Shown here piece after piece: positions 19,316-34,299 of a stretch of 64,000 nt of DNA. The stretch is from the NCBI RefSeq assembly GCF_009914755.1, contig NC_060927.1. The stretch is one strand, 5' to 3'. Position 1 is the stretch's first letter. Every line of letters begins with the position of its first letter. The notes below the pieces were generated by a model, which was not told where the DNA came from, ran no database searches, and saw only the letters and a list, made by a program, of their open reading frames with translations. This stretch comes from the human T2T-CHM13v2.0 reference genome, Homo sapiens. Both the position numbers and the translations under genes were made by a program.

Positions 19316-22068
19316 AAAGTATATATATAACATTGCTGTGTAAAGTTATCTATTAGCACATGAAATTAAACCTCTCTAAATAATAAGGATTGTAAGCAGG
19401 TGATGTAGGATTACAATGGGTAATAAATGACTAATATTAAAAGGTAGGCAATGTGTGTGGGGAATTTATTTTATTCCTTAAATACTTGACTAAATGCAAA
19501 TACATTTTAAAATCATATTTATTTCTCTAACTTCTATTTAAATGTCAGTATTTTTACCACTTTCTTCTCTGCTTTTCCTCTACTGCTTAAACTTACTCTC
19601 TCTAGGACATCTCATTTATGGCTACCATGACCTTAGAAGGTTAAATACTTATCAAAATATGTTCTGTAGCCCAGACTTTTTCCTGAGGACCAGCACCATT
19701 TTCCTAATTGACTACCGAAAATTAAAGTCTTAACATTAAACCTTTTGTGTTCACAAGTTCAACATTCATAGCTTTGAAGTCTTTGTGTCCTTACTTTTCC
19801 TTAAAATTTATCCTTCTGTGCAGTGTCTTCTAACAAATAAAGTTCTATTCAGGGAGACCTTACTTTTAAAACTTCCATTAACTTGTCATTATCTCAAATT
19901 ACTGTGTTTAGCAGACATTAAAGGATCTTGGAAACATGGTGTGTGTCACTTTCCCAGCTTCATATTTCATCTTTCCCCATTAGTCTAATGTTCCAACCAC
20001 AATGCCCATCTTAGCATCTCGTAATTTCTCATGTGCTTCTGTATACCTATTAGAGGTTCTCTCATTCTCTAGTTCTTGGATTGTCCAAGACTACTCATGC
20101 CCTAGTTCAAATACTAATGCCATGCCCTCACCTATAAAGTGTAGGACCTCTTAGGCAGAGACTGTGCCCCTGTAACACCCTTTGCACAATACTGGTATAC
20201 TGGTGTAAGCCTCTTTGCCCTTGATGTTCTGAAAGATACTGAGTTGCATTTCTCTCTCTCATGAGGTTGCAGCTTTGTGAAGTCAGGAACTGTGTCTTTT
20301 TCTCAGTTATAATATATTAGTTCATGGAAAAATCACTGTATTGGATTTTTAAAGTTGAACCAATGAAACAATTAAGCAATGGAAGTTGAAGAGAAATAAA
20401 TCATCATTATTCATGGGTGGTAATCTTCCAAAGATACTCTTTTGCTTAATATCTAATTATTTGTTAACTCTTGAGCCTCCTGATTCTATAAAATTATTTT
20501 TGAGTGTTGCTATTGTAGTGTATATGTCCAAGTTCAACTTCATCCACTTTTTATTACTGTTTGTATTTATATTGCTATATACACATCATAATTGCCTTTT
20601 CCATGTTGATATGCCAGTTTTTTACTAGTGTCTATTATGTCTACCTAGATCTTCATTATTGAACATTTAAATGTTTTTTATTGGAATTTGTTATCTAAGA
20701 GAATTAGTGATGGCTAATCATAATTTTCTTCTCATTTAACCCAGCTTTTTCTTTTATTCTTTTTCTGTTTATTGTTTATGAATTATATTTAGTGTTGACT
20801 TCTTTGCTTTTTTTTTACTTAGTTAAGAACTGATATTCAGCGTTGGCAGTGGAATTATGATAGTAAAAATAATTCTTATTCCTTAGTTGCTTCACTGTTA
20901 CAGATTTTATTTTCAAGAAAAGAATAATTGAGAAACTGTCTAGTAGAAAGTAGGTTTTCTCCAGCATGGTCAGTAATATTCTGCCAACCAGAGACTAGCC
21001 CATAGTCTATACTTTTTTATACTGTATTACTTTTTACCTATCACTTGATTTAATTCTTTGTTCTAACATACTTTATACCATATTAGTGACATAAAGAAAT
21101 CAAAATATGCCTTTGTTAAGTTTTTTATTTTTGTATTGAAGATAAAGTTATTTAATCAATCAGTAGCATTTATAAAGTAATCATTACTAACAACTCAGTT
21201 ATTATTGCCTCCTAACTAAAAAGGCACGTAACTCTTTGCTAAGAGAATTCAAGTATTTGAGAGACAATCTTTGACATCAAGATGCTGATGATATATTTTC
21301 TATTAAGAATATAAACTCTATAAATCATCATCATCATCATAATTCTGGTTTACTAGTATCTTATTTTATAGTTTATTAATTATCTTCACTTGTGGAGATA
21401 TGTCATAACATCTTCATAATAACTCGAGGGAGCCATATTATGTCCTTTATGGTCCAATATAGACCTGAAAATCAGATAAATTTAAGCAACTAATCTGATT
21501 TTTATACAAATCAGAGTGCCGAGGCTGTGGATTAAATCATATCTTTTGATTGAAATGTCCAAGTTATATTATGCAGTTTCTTCTTTATTTATAAAACCAG
21601 AGGACAATACACTATAGAGTATGTTATTTATGCAAACTGAATATCTTAGGTCATATATTATAGCAGTTGAGAGAAAGAAGCTATCTCTGTGGTCTGCAGT
21701 AGTCATGAAAATTAGCATGGTCTCCAGGAAGGAAGAAAGATAGGAGTTAAGGAGTTGACTTACTGTTTCTCAGCAACCTAGGAAACTATGGTGTACTTGG
21801 TTTGATATAAGGACAGACTAGGTGGGTATACTTAATCTTGACAGTCAAGGTTCTTGGAAAATTTAATTATTTCTCATCACTCAGCCTGGGTACTTGTCCT
21901 CTTGTTCTCCATTGTACTAGGAAGAGACCATCATCATTCAGCATTCCTCACTACACCCATCCAGACAAGAAGGTGAGCTACTTGTGGTCTGACGCGTGTT
22001 AAATAGCTTGATAAGCACTGCCTAGTACAGTGCCTAGCACTGAATAGCTGTTTTCTAAACTTACTTTC

Positions 22069-22454
22069 TGCTATAGTTTGGATGTGTCTTGTTCCCACTG
22101 AAACTCATGTTGCAATGTAATTGCCAATGTAATGGTATTGTGAGGTGGTAGGGCCTTTAAGAGGTGTTTGGATCGTGAAGGCTTTACCCTCATGAAGGGT
22201 TTAGTGCAGTTCTCACAGGGCTAGGTTAGTTCTTGTGGTGCTGAGTTAGTTCTTGTGAGAGTAGGTTATTATAAAGAGGTTTGGCCCTCTTCGTTTCTCT
22301 TTTGCTTGTGCTTCTTGCCTTTCTGCCATGTTATAACTCAGTATGAAAGATTTTACCAGATGTTGCTTCCATGCTCCAAAATTGTGAGCAAAATAAAGTT
22401 ATTTTCTTATAAATTATCCTGTCTCAATATTGTTATAGCAACTGAAAATGGACT
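22069..22454 (+). mobile_element. MaLR solo LTR (MST-like)
   Basis: Starts tgctatagtttggatg; aataaa at about 22392; ends gttatagcaactgaaaatggact. Confidence 0.8.
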
Positions 22455-22483
22455 TTCTGTTACCCAGTGTTAACATTATTTGA

Positions 22484-22871
22484 CCTTTGCCAGATGCATA
22501 GTTTGCAAAAGTTTTCTCCCATTTTGTAGGTTGTCTATTTACTCGGTTGATAGTTTCTTTTGACGGGAAATCAAATACTGCATGTTGTCACTTACAATTG
22601 GGAGCAAAATGATAAGAACACATGGACACATAGAGGGGAACAACACTGTAGTATGCCACAGTGTCTGTCTGTGGAGGGTGGGAGGAGGGAGAGGATTAGG
22701 AAAAACAACTAAAGGGTATTAGGCTTAATACCTGGGTGATGAAATAATCTGTTCAACAAACCCCCGTGACACGAGTTTACCTGTGTAACAAACCTGCACA
22801 AGTACCCCTAAATTTAAAGTAAAAGTTTTTAAAAAATTAAAACATTTAACACAAAGAAATAACCAAAAAAG
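22484..22871 (+). mobile_element. Short L1PA15/16-like 3' end with an inverted 5' fragment
   Basis: 22484-22562 is ORF2 sequence on the - strand; 22563-22871 is 3'UTR with an A-rich tail on the + strand; TSD aacattatttga (22472) / aacaatatttga (22872). Confidence 0.8.
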
Positions 22872-23609
22872 AACAATATTTGAATTCAAGATTTCCTGGG
22901 TTTTTTATAGCCTATGTTTTTCTCATATATCATGATGCTAAGTTAGGTTTTCCATCCTGTATAGTATGCTAACCAAGGAGTTTATTTTTTTAATGAGAAG
23001 TTAATTTGGTAATTCAATTTAGTATTTATATTGTTAAAAATAAAGATGAAAAATGTATATTTCTAATTATGTGATCACTGTCTTTTGAGATGTTTTATTT
23101 GGAAATTCACTTAGTGTTTGTATTATTGAAAGTGGCAAGTCAATTGCCAGAATTGTATTTGTTTCTAGTTTAAAAACCCAATATACATATTATCACCGTT
23201 CCTTTTTCCAGCCGTTTAAAATTGCCTGGAATTTTAAAATTACACAAATAGTACATTGTAGCACAAAAATACTCCAATAATACAAAACTCCATGAAGTAA
23301 AGTGTTAAAGTTTATGGCTCCTGCATACATTTATAGAAGAAACTTGACTTTTCTCTTTCCAAGTCTTCTTTTTAAACAAAAGCCAATTCTACACTCTTTT
23401 CTGGTGTTAAAGTTTGGTATCTGTCTTTCAGACCCTTTTTAAAAGATAAAAATGGGCCAGTTCTACACATTTTTCTGCATATTGCTTTTATCTCACCTGA
23501 GAGACAACCATCTATATCACCATATGCTGATCTATCCATGTTTGACATTCCTTCTTTCTCTTATACCCCATATTCAAACCATTAGCAAATCCTGTCCAGT
23601 GAATCTTAA

Positions 23610-23979
<370 letters not shown>

Positions 23980-24581
23980 TTCAGTAGCATCTTAACCGCT
24001 GTCCCTTCCTCACTTGCCTCAAGACAGCCAGCGGAATGACCCACCTAAATTGTAAGCCAGATCTTGCCATTCCTCATGGCAAAAACTCTACAGTGGTTCA
24101 ACGTCTTATTAAGAATAAAAGCCAAAATATTCTCAAAAGCCTGCCACAGCTTTGGTGATTTTCCCCAATATCTCTTTGAACTCAGTTCTTAACCACTTCC
24201 TCTCTTGCACACTGAGCCCTTGTCACACTGGCCCCTTGCTGTTTATCATATAAGCTGTGCTTGCTCCCAAGTTATGTTTTTTGATCCTACTCTTTCCTCT
24301 TCTTTTCATGCTCTTACCCCAGATTTTTCTGTGGCTTGCACCTCAGTCAGGTTTCAAATATCACTACACAGGGAGAAGTGCTTCCTGATTATCTCACATA
24401 AAGAACAACTCCCTCATTCACTCATGGCTGTTTACCTAACCTCACTTTATATTTCTTTAGAGCACTTTTCACCAATGATATTTTTATAAGTTTTAAAAAT
24501 CCTTTTCTTTCCAAACAAGCTATAACCAAATACAAGTTTCTGAAAACAGGAATTAGTCTTAAATTTTTACTGGTGTGCCTT

Positions 24582-24790
<209 letters not shown>

Positions 24791-26550
24791 TAAATTATTG
24801 AATGATTTGATTAATGAGCTACATTAACATCTGTAATATATTTCAAAGTATAGATAAAACATAATTTATCTATTTACTTCTTGGAGATCTTTGTCTCTAA
24901 TATTTCACTGAGCTTTACAGAGCTAGAACAGTGCTCAGTGAACATTCTTGTGATGTATTTATGTAGAACATGTTTCTAATAGTAGAAATGCTGTATCAAA
25001 GAATATGAAAATTTTAAATTTGATATGTGCTGACATGGTGCCCTCCAAAAAGACACATCACATGTGTCTTTACATTAATGGTGTTTTTTGTCTATGGACA
25101 TATTATATCTCTTTTCATTTATTTGGATTTCCATATAGTTTAACATGAATTTTATTTGTATATGTGCATAGACTTGATATTTACTCATGCTATAGCTTTT
25201 CAGTATCCATGCAAGGGATATTTATGGTTTTCATTAATGGATATCTTCTAAGGAAGCAGAGGGAAACAGTTTTTGGTATATGAAGAATTTCCACTAAAGT
25301 TACAGAAATTAGGTTTGTTTCTGTTTAATATTTGTACTCTTAGTGTTTTCTTAATTCATTTTTGGTAAATTTCAAGACTAATGGCAAAAAATATGTTATA
25401 AAAAAAGATACTGTGCTGATGCATTTGCAAAAGCAGACAGAAATTTAAACATAAAGGTTGAGGTTGGTACTGTTTATTGAATGATCTTTATTTTAACCTT
25501 CACGGATGGAATTCAATGATTTAAAAATATATATAATGAACAAAAACTCATTATCCATGTCAGTAAGCCTAATATTTCCTACCTTCTAACACATTATGCT
25601 AATAACTTTTCAGATGAATGCATTTTAATTAAAAACAGTTGTCAGTTGAAAAGCATTACTCACAAGTAGGAACAAATACAAACTATGTTTTTTGTGATAT
25701 GAAAAATGCTTTGAAGAAATCAACTGAGAAATCATTTGTTGGTAGCTCTGAGGGATAAAAAATGTTTGGAACACATCCTTTTTTATACTTATGTGAATTT
25801 ATATTCAGTACGAAATGGAATAAACATGCTCTCTGAATTCCTGAGTAAATATTTCAGCAGATCAGTGTCAAAAGGTTGCTTAATTGAAAAATGTTGCAGT
25901 GTAAAAAGAACATGAGACGAAATTTTAGAGCATCATTTAGTAAGTATGAATCTCTTCATAAGTATATTCCTAAGCTTTCTGAAAAAGTAACAATCCATAC
26001 ACATAGAGATTGGTAATTAAAAGAAAATTCTCCCTTCATATTCTCCCCTCTTCCAGTAAGTTGTAGAGAAGGCACTCATAAGGGATACATAGGTCATATT
26101 AACTAATCCTGATGGATGAATTAGAAAGTTTAAGTGTGCCCAGATAGCTATGATCCATTGAATTGACTAAGATAATGTTAGTCCAGCAGAATTCAAATGG
26201 AAACAATAGCACACTTACCCCAAAGCTGGAATACAACTGTCAGGTTTTTGAGCTTTTGTGTGGAGAACTGATGGACTCAGCTGGTATTTTCATTACATCT
26301 AATTAAAGGTTATGACTTTGGAATAAAAAGACGATATGTGAAGTGAACAGCATGCTATAGAGCTTCAAATTCCTTAAAGACAGGCTCCTGTCAAGCTAGG
26401 AGAGACATTTTACAAAGATCAGGAAGCGTTTATTTGGCAAGAGAAGTTGATCAGAAAGGCATTAAAATAAAATTTAATAAAAAGAGAAAAAGTTGTCCCA
26501 ATACACAAACCCTGAGACAGAAGAGAAAAATAAAATGTATAAAAAATGTA

Positions 26551-26946
<396 letters not shown>

Positions 26947-27886
26947 TCAGAGACTTTTAAAATAAGTGTTTACAAGGAATCATTGAAGAAAATTTGGATA
27001 AGAGTAATGGCATTAGTGAATCAAAATATGAGATCCAAAGAAGAGGGATATCTACAAAGTTGCTGAGAATTTGAAGATAAAAAGGAGAAAATAAGTGTTG
27101 ACAGTGTTGCATGGCTAAAGATATAACTATGGTAGACAGACGTTCTCAATTTAATTTTTAAAATTTGGACAAAATAAAGATACAAAATGGGACTTCTCAT
27201 ATCTGGAAACCTTTTTATATATGCAGAAGCAAGCTTTACTTAGTTTTAATAAAACTTTTCAATTTCACAATGTAGATAATTTGTAACTGGGAATATATCA
27301 GAGACTCAGAGAATCTTGTAACTGACAAGTATACTAGAAGTTATTAAATTTCAATCAGCTGTTAATTTCTGTCAACTTAGCCCTGATTGGTGTTGTGAAA
27401 ATAATAGAATCCTTGAGAGTACATAATCAACTCACATTGGAGTTCTCAGAAGTTAAGAAAACAAGTGGGCTAGGAAAAGTAATAATTTAATTCTGTTAAT
27501 TTTTAGTTAGCTTGAATAAAGAGAGAGATTCTAATGACCCATGACCCACATGTATTGAAAACATGTTGTTATATGTTTGTTTTTACTTATTTGGCATTCC
27601 TTTTTTATTGCCAAATACTATTCAATTATATGACTGTATTACATTTTATTTATGCATTCATCAGGTGATCATATTGGGTTGTTTTCACTACATGTGGAAA
27701 CTGAAATATTTGACCAAAAGACGTAGAGAAAATGTGGTAAAGTTGCACCTCATAGCAACTAGCTTAAAAGAGTTCCTGAAATCTCAGCAGTGGGAGTTTG
27801 TTGGGCTGTACTTTGTATTTTCCAAAAACGTGACTCAACTACTCATTGAATATTAGATTCTTTCTCCATGCTCTACTGTTGTGTCT

Positions 27887-28320
<434 letters not shown>

Positions 28321-28369
28321 TAATAGTCAATGATTTTCATTTACTTGCACTGGTTATTTGCATGGTGTT

Positions 28370-29530
28370 CTTATTGTTAGAGCTTTTATATCACCCCACA
28401 GAACCTCTGTACCCATTAACAGTCCTTCATTCCTCCCATCTCAAGAACTAGACAAACGGTAATCTACTTTCTGTTTTTATAGATTTACCTATTGTTGGCA
28501 TTTTGTATAAATGGAATCATGCAATATATGTGGTCTTTTGAGTCTGGCTCTTCCACTTAGCGTGGAACTCACCCATGTTGATGAGAGATTCTTTCTACTT
28601 AGGACTCACTCATGTTATTGAGTGATTCTTTTTATTGTTTAGTATTCCTTTTTATTCCCGAATACTATTCAATTGTATGAATATATCACATTTTATTTAT
28701 GCATTCATCAGTTGATGACATTGAGTTGTTTTCACTTTTTTCTAGTATGAGTAATGCCGCTGTGAACATTCATGTACAAGTTTTTGTAAAGCGTATGTTT
28801 TAAATTCTCTTGAGTATATACCTAAGAATGGAATGCTGGGTCATTTGGTAACTCTATGTTCAACATTTGAAAAAATTTCCTCTGTTTTCTAAAGTGACTG
28901 TGCCAGTTTACATTCCCACCAGAAATGCTTGAGTGTTCCAATTGCTCCACATTTTCACCAATACTTGTTTATTGTCTGGTGTTTGTTTGTAGGCATCCTA
29001 GTAAGCGTGGAGTGGTTTTATATTTTGGTTTTGATTTGTGTTTCCCTAATGGCTAATGGTGTTGATAGCTTTTCATATGTTTATTAGCCATTTGTCTATT
29101 TTCTTTAGAGAAATAGCTATTCAAATTATTTGCCCATGTTAAAATTGGGTTATTTTTATTTTTGTTGTCTAGTTGGCAGAATACTTATATATTCTGGATA
29201 CAAGTCCTTTATCAAATATATGAATAACAATTTTTTTTTCTATTCTGTAGGTTGTTACTTTCTTCATGGTATAATTTGAAGCACAGATATTTTTACTTTT
29301 AAAGTGTAATTAATCTATTTTTATTATAGTGTTTTCCTTTTGATGTCATATCTAAGAAATCAATGACTAATTCCAAGTGACAAAGATTTACTCCCATAAA
29401 TTCTTTTAAGATTTTTATAGTTTAGCTTTTATATTTAAGTCTATGAACCATTTTTCATTAATTTTTGTGTATTGTGTAAGGAAGGGGTCTGACTCATTTT
29501 TGTGCATGTGGATATCCAGCTGTCTTGTTT
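28370..29530 (-). mobile_element. L1MB-type fragment
   Basis: Antisense L1M 3'UTR and ORF2 end (gctgtgaacattcatgtacaagtttttg; cattcccaccagaaatg; ggatatccag). Confidence 0.8.
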
Positions 29531-31612
29531 TGTTTTTCAGTAATAAATACATTGCTCATGAAACAGAAAAACAAAAAAAATCAAAACGAAACATAGAAAA
29601 AGACAAAAAGGGAACCACTTCTGCTTGGAGAGAATAGAGAAAATTTACTTAATATGTAATATTTGAAGTATTTGAAAGTTTCCCAAAATGTGAATAGAAT
29701 TGGGATGAGTAGAGAAAAATATGAGGGCAAGAAAATTATAGGCATAGCTGGAAAAGAGAAAGTGCCAAAAAGTTAAAATAACTATTTCATTTTGGCAATA
29801 ATATACTTTACAGAGAACCTGGAACCTAACCATAAACACACCCTGAGAAAGTGATGCAAGTACGAGTAATGTCTTTGAGGAGTGCCTCAGAGTTATTTTA
29901 CCCTGGAGGCAAATGAGCTGGTGTATTTGTGAACCAGTTCTTTAGAGTACTTTGGTAAGGACTATTTTGAGGTATGTGGCCTACATTTAGTTGATGTGCT
30001 CAGGGTCTGAGATCTGATGCAGAGTGGAAAGTGGTCTTGGAGAATGATTTTTTCTTTATTGGAGGTGAGAGCCATTAATGGGTTTGAAGTCAGTATCCTC
30101 ATCTTTCTCTCTTATTTCTGGGCATGTCATGATCTGTTAGCCGGTTCCAGAGATCTCTGTGCCTTAGTACTCCCTGGTTGCCACTCAAACTTGGCTTCCC
30201 GTTTTGCCACTTTTGGCAATTGCATCAACCTTCCCTCTTATAGTTAAGTGTTGCCATCTGGCCTCTGCTATTCTTAAACCTCATCATTTCTACTGAAACT
30301 AGGGAACGATTTTATAAGCAGATCCTACCCCAATCTTCAAATATAGTCTACAAAGTACAAAAAAGACTGAGTTTTCATGATGGAGTGTTCTCATTAGCAC
30401 ATTTATCTTTTGCTTTAAGGAAGAGTTTGTCTTTAGGACCATCACAGGAACATAGCCAGCTGGTGGATTCTCTAGTGTTGTTTAATAAATCCATGTCACT
30501 ATGTCTTTGAATCTTTTGACACCTTCATCAAAACTTTATACAGGTATTTTTTAACTCTTTTATTCTAGGTTGTTATTTTATCTACATACTTCCAAGAAGC
30601 ATGCTTATAGTATATCATAGCTGATTTCAGCTGCTGTTAAATTCTGAGTCATAGGTGAATAATCTCATATCAATCGACTCTGTTTTACCTACCTTCTATC
30701 CTTCTCTCCCTTTCCACTAGTCTTGAGATCCATTCCCAAGCATGGTTTCACAGTTCTTGCCAGTTCATATTAGCCAGGCCTTGCAGGTCTTTTGATGAAT
30801 AATCCCTTCCCTTACAATGAAGGGAGAAAACTTGTATAGCTGGATTAAACTGAGAATTGACTGTAATGGTTGACCTAGAAGTATTAAGAAGAGAGGGAAG
30901 GAAGAGCTTGAAGAGGGCAGGTTTCATCTTGCCAGACATCTGAGGTAAGGCCTCTGAATGCCCCTCAGGCAAAGGGAGGCTACTGTCCTTTAGCAAGAGT
31001 GATTGAGCCACTTTTGTAGGCCCACAGACAGGTTTTAGGGAAATCTGGGGCTCAAGTTCTCAAATGTATCTATTCATCTCTATTCTATAACTTAGAACCT
31101 TATCCATCTGTCACTTACTTAAGAGATACAGTGATACTGCAAATTCATTCTTCTTTACAGTTTGGTTCATTGCACAGTCAGATCCTGGTCTTGGTTTGCA
31201 TTCCTGTTTGTCTTTTGGGTGCAGGAGAAAAGTGTCTTTATAGATGCTATTATGAAAGCTTTGTATTTCACACCATACTCTGAGTTGGAGGTTGGCTAAA
31301 TTGAGTGTGTCATTTTTTACTTCGCTTAATAAATTGATGGCACTTAACAATAACCACTGTCTTTATAATTTCCTTTGCTATAGAAGAATAACTTTCTCCA
31401 ATCCTAGATATTTTGCATAAACTAGCACAGCCCTTCTACCTGTGTGATACTTCAGTTTACTACAGGTAAGAATGTTGGCAATTGAGATACTTCAGGATGT
31501 TAGCCTATCCACAATCCTACTTACCACCAGCAGTGGAGTCCTTGTTATCATTTGGCCAGTGAGTAATACAAGCACTAGGATGTCTGCTTCCTAGAATAAT
31601 TTTCATACCAAT

Positions 31613-32037
31613 TGTTTTAGTTGCAGTTTCCCCATAGCTGATTTTGAGATAGGAATTTTAAGTGCAGGTAGTTTATTTGGGAGATTCAGGGAGCATGGGT
31701 TGGGGAGGGGAAGTGATACAGAAAAAGGATGACTGCAGTAAAGGGTGCTTTATTAAGCTACTTAACACCATTGATAAGTGGAGCCTAATCCTACCAGGAC
31801 ATTTGAGGAAATCACATAAAACACGTCTCATGTACTAAATTCCAGGAATTATTTGCTGAGGGCTTTTCCTCTAGGGATGTTGATTCCTCAGTACTTTCTG
31901 ACCTGATGTGTACACAGACAGAGAAACCTTCTGCAGTTTTGTTGGAGAACAAAACCCAGCCTTCACACACAGAGCTGATGTTAGAGCATCCTGAAAGGTC
32001 TAAGGAAATGGGCAGAGCTTTGATGGCATCTCCCACA
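31613..32037 (-). mobile_element. ERVL solo LTR (LTR33/LTR16-like)
   Basis: Reverse complement starts TGTGGGAGATGCCATCAAAGCTCTGCCC; gtagtttatttgggag (polyA signal on the - strand). Confidence 0.6.
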
Positions 32038-32669
32038 GAACAGTGAAATGAAAGTTAATTGGTGTCAGACCATGGAGAGCATTGAATGCCATTCAAGGAA
32101 GTATTTAGACCTGATATTCTCTAAAGCAGAAATGTAACATGATAAGAATTGTGCTTTAGGATAGTTACCCCGAAGTATTGTGTAGAATGGATTAGAGAAC
32201 AGAAGCTAGAGTTGAGAGTGTCATGGAGGAGGAATAACAATGATGATCTTCATCCTGTTTCCAGTTCTCACTGGGAATTGCTCCCAGTTCTAATACTAAA
32301 CCCACTTTTAGACGGCCTAACTAGATAACATTCTGAGCCCACTCCATCAAGAGAATTTCAGATAAAGAGATTCCATTTTCAAAAGAATTGAGAATTTAGT
32401 CAGTCAGAAAATTTGCACTGTCCCTTTTAAGCTTAATTTTTTTTTTTAGCTAAAACAAATTAGCCTTATTTGCTCAGAAACAGCCTTATATAAAGAGAAC
32501 CAACATTGACCTTGCCTGTGCTTGCTAATTTACCATACTTGTTTATTCACCTCTAAGTGCCCTTTGAATCCCATTTAGTAATTCATCATTCTTGATAGTA
32601 GTTTACCAAAGACAAAGGAATAGAAATTAGCTGAGTAAGAGAAAAACAAATGAAAAGGAGGGAGCATTT

Positions 32670-32976
32670 CAGGCACGGTGGCTCAACACCTGTAATCTCA
32701 GCACCTTGGGAGTCTGAGGCTTGCGGATCGCTTGAGCCCAGGAGTTTGAGACCAGCATGGGAAACATGGTGAAACCCTGTCTCTACAAAAAATACAAAAA
32801 TTAGCTGGGCATAGTGGCATGTGCCTGTAGTCCCAGCTACTTGGGAGACTGAGACAGGGGGATTGGAGAATCGCTTGAGCTCAGGATGCGGAGGTTGCAG
32901 TGAGCTGTGATAGTGCCATTGCACTCCAGCCTGGATGACAGAGTGAAACTGCATCCAAAAAAAAAAAAAAAAAAAA
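32670..32976 (+). mobile_element. AluJ
   Basis: ggatcgcttgagcccaggagtttgagacc; dimer with A-tail. Confidence 0.9.
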
Positions 32977-33774
32977 GAGGGGCACTAAAGAGAGCACTTT
33001 TCTGAATAATCCCAAACCAACTTAAAAGGGTAAAAACTAGGCAAAGAAAACGTTTTCATTTGCTCAGCACTAATCTAGTAATAATGCGTTAGTTTGTCAT
33101 TTTCACATAGAACACCAATAAACCAAAACAAATTAGGCTAACTTGGATTTCCATCCCCTCATGCACAAATTTAATCCCCTACAGATCTTTAGCCATATTT
33201 CTGGGACTTATAGTCAAAACCCCTCTTCTTTTCACCTTTCCAATATTGAGGACTTTGTTACTGGGTCAACTGTCAATAGCCTTTCTTTTTTATTTTGGAG
33301 AAATTCTCTATAAATGTATGCTTTTTATTGTTACATAATTCAATGCAAAGACTTCTGTAGGGTTTAGCAGTTTACAATATATGGCTGGGTATTTCCATAT
33401 CTACAGTGGAGGCAACTTGAGTCCATTTCCAGAAAACTCATCATCTGTCATGCAGTGGAGCTCTGTTGTCTCCTGCTAATTAAACAAAAGTGAACAGATA
33501 TGCCAGAATACAAAGTGGTGGGAATAAATACTGTGGTTTCAGTTGTGATCTCTGCTACACATGTTTATATAAAGTAAATAACATTTGCGGTAATCAGTTT
33601 TTATAAAACTCTGGCTTTGAGTAAAATAATAATTATATTTCAAAGATGCTATAAACCTATTCTTCAATTTGCCACAATGAGAAGGAAGTTCAGTCTTTTC
33701 ATGTGCCTTTATTCCAGACATCCAAATCTCTAGAATGGTTTATTTATGTATAAGAAGTAAGATCCAGTAGTCTT

Positions 33775-34008
33775 TTTAAAATTAAAAATACACATTTTAA
33801 AATTAAAAATAATATATTTTTAATATTTGTGGGTCCTAATAGTTTTATATATTATGGGTACATGAGATACTTTGACATGGGTATGTAATGCATAGTAATC
33901 ACATCATGGTAGATGGGGTATCCATCCACCCCCTCAGGCGTTTGTCTTTTGTGTTTCAAGCAATCCAAGTATGCTCATTCGTTATTTTAAGATGTACAAT
34001 TATTATTG
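33775..34008 (-). mobile_element. Short L1MA1-3-type 3' end
   Basis: gggtacatgagatactttga...taatcacatcatggtagatggggtatccatcc; perfect 16-bp TSD aagatccagtagtctt at 33759-33774 and 34009-34024. Confidence 0.85.
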
Positions 34009-34299
34009 AAGATCCAGTAGTCTTGCCATTCTGCAGAAAAGAGGTGGCCCCTGAGGCTGGAAGGCCCAATCACAGCAGCCTGTTAAAACTGGTTGATTAT
34101 TTCAGTGCCACATTATTATCATCGGTCTATGCAAGTCCTCTCTTGCCTTTATTTATTATTTAATACTATTTCCTACTCACATTCTTCTTTGTTCATCTTA
34201 GACAACTGTTCTATTTTGTTTGAGGGGGAAACTTTAATTTGTATGTATTATTAAACAATGTGAATTGTTTTGTGACTGTGTTGTTTTGGTTTTTATAGA

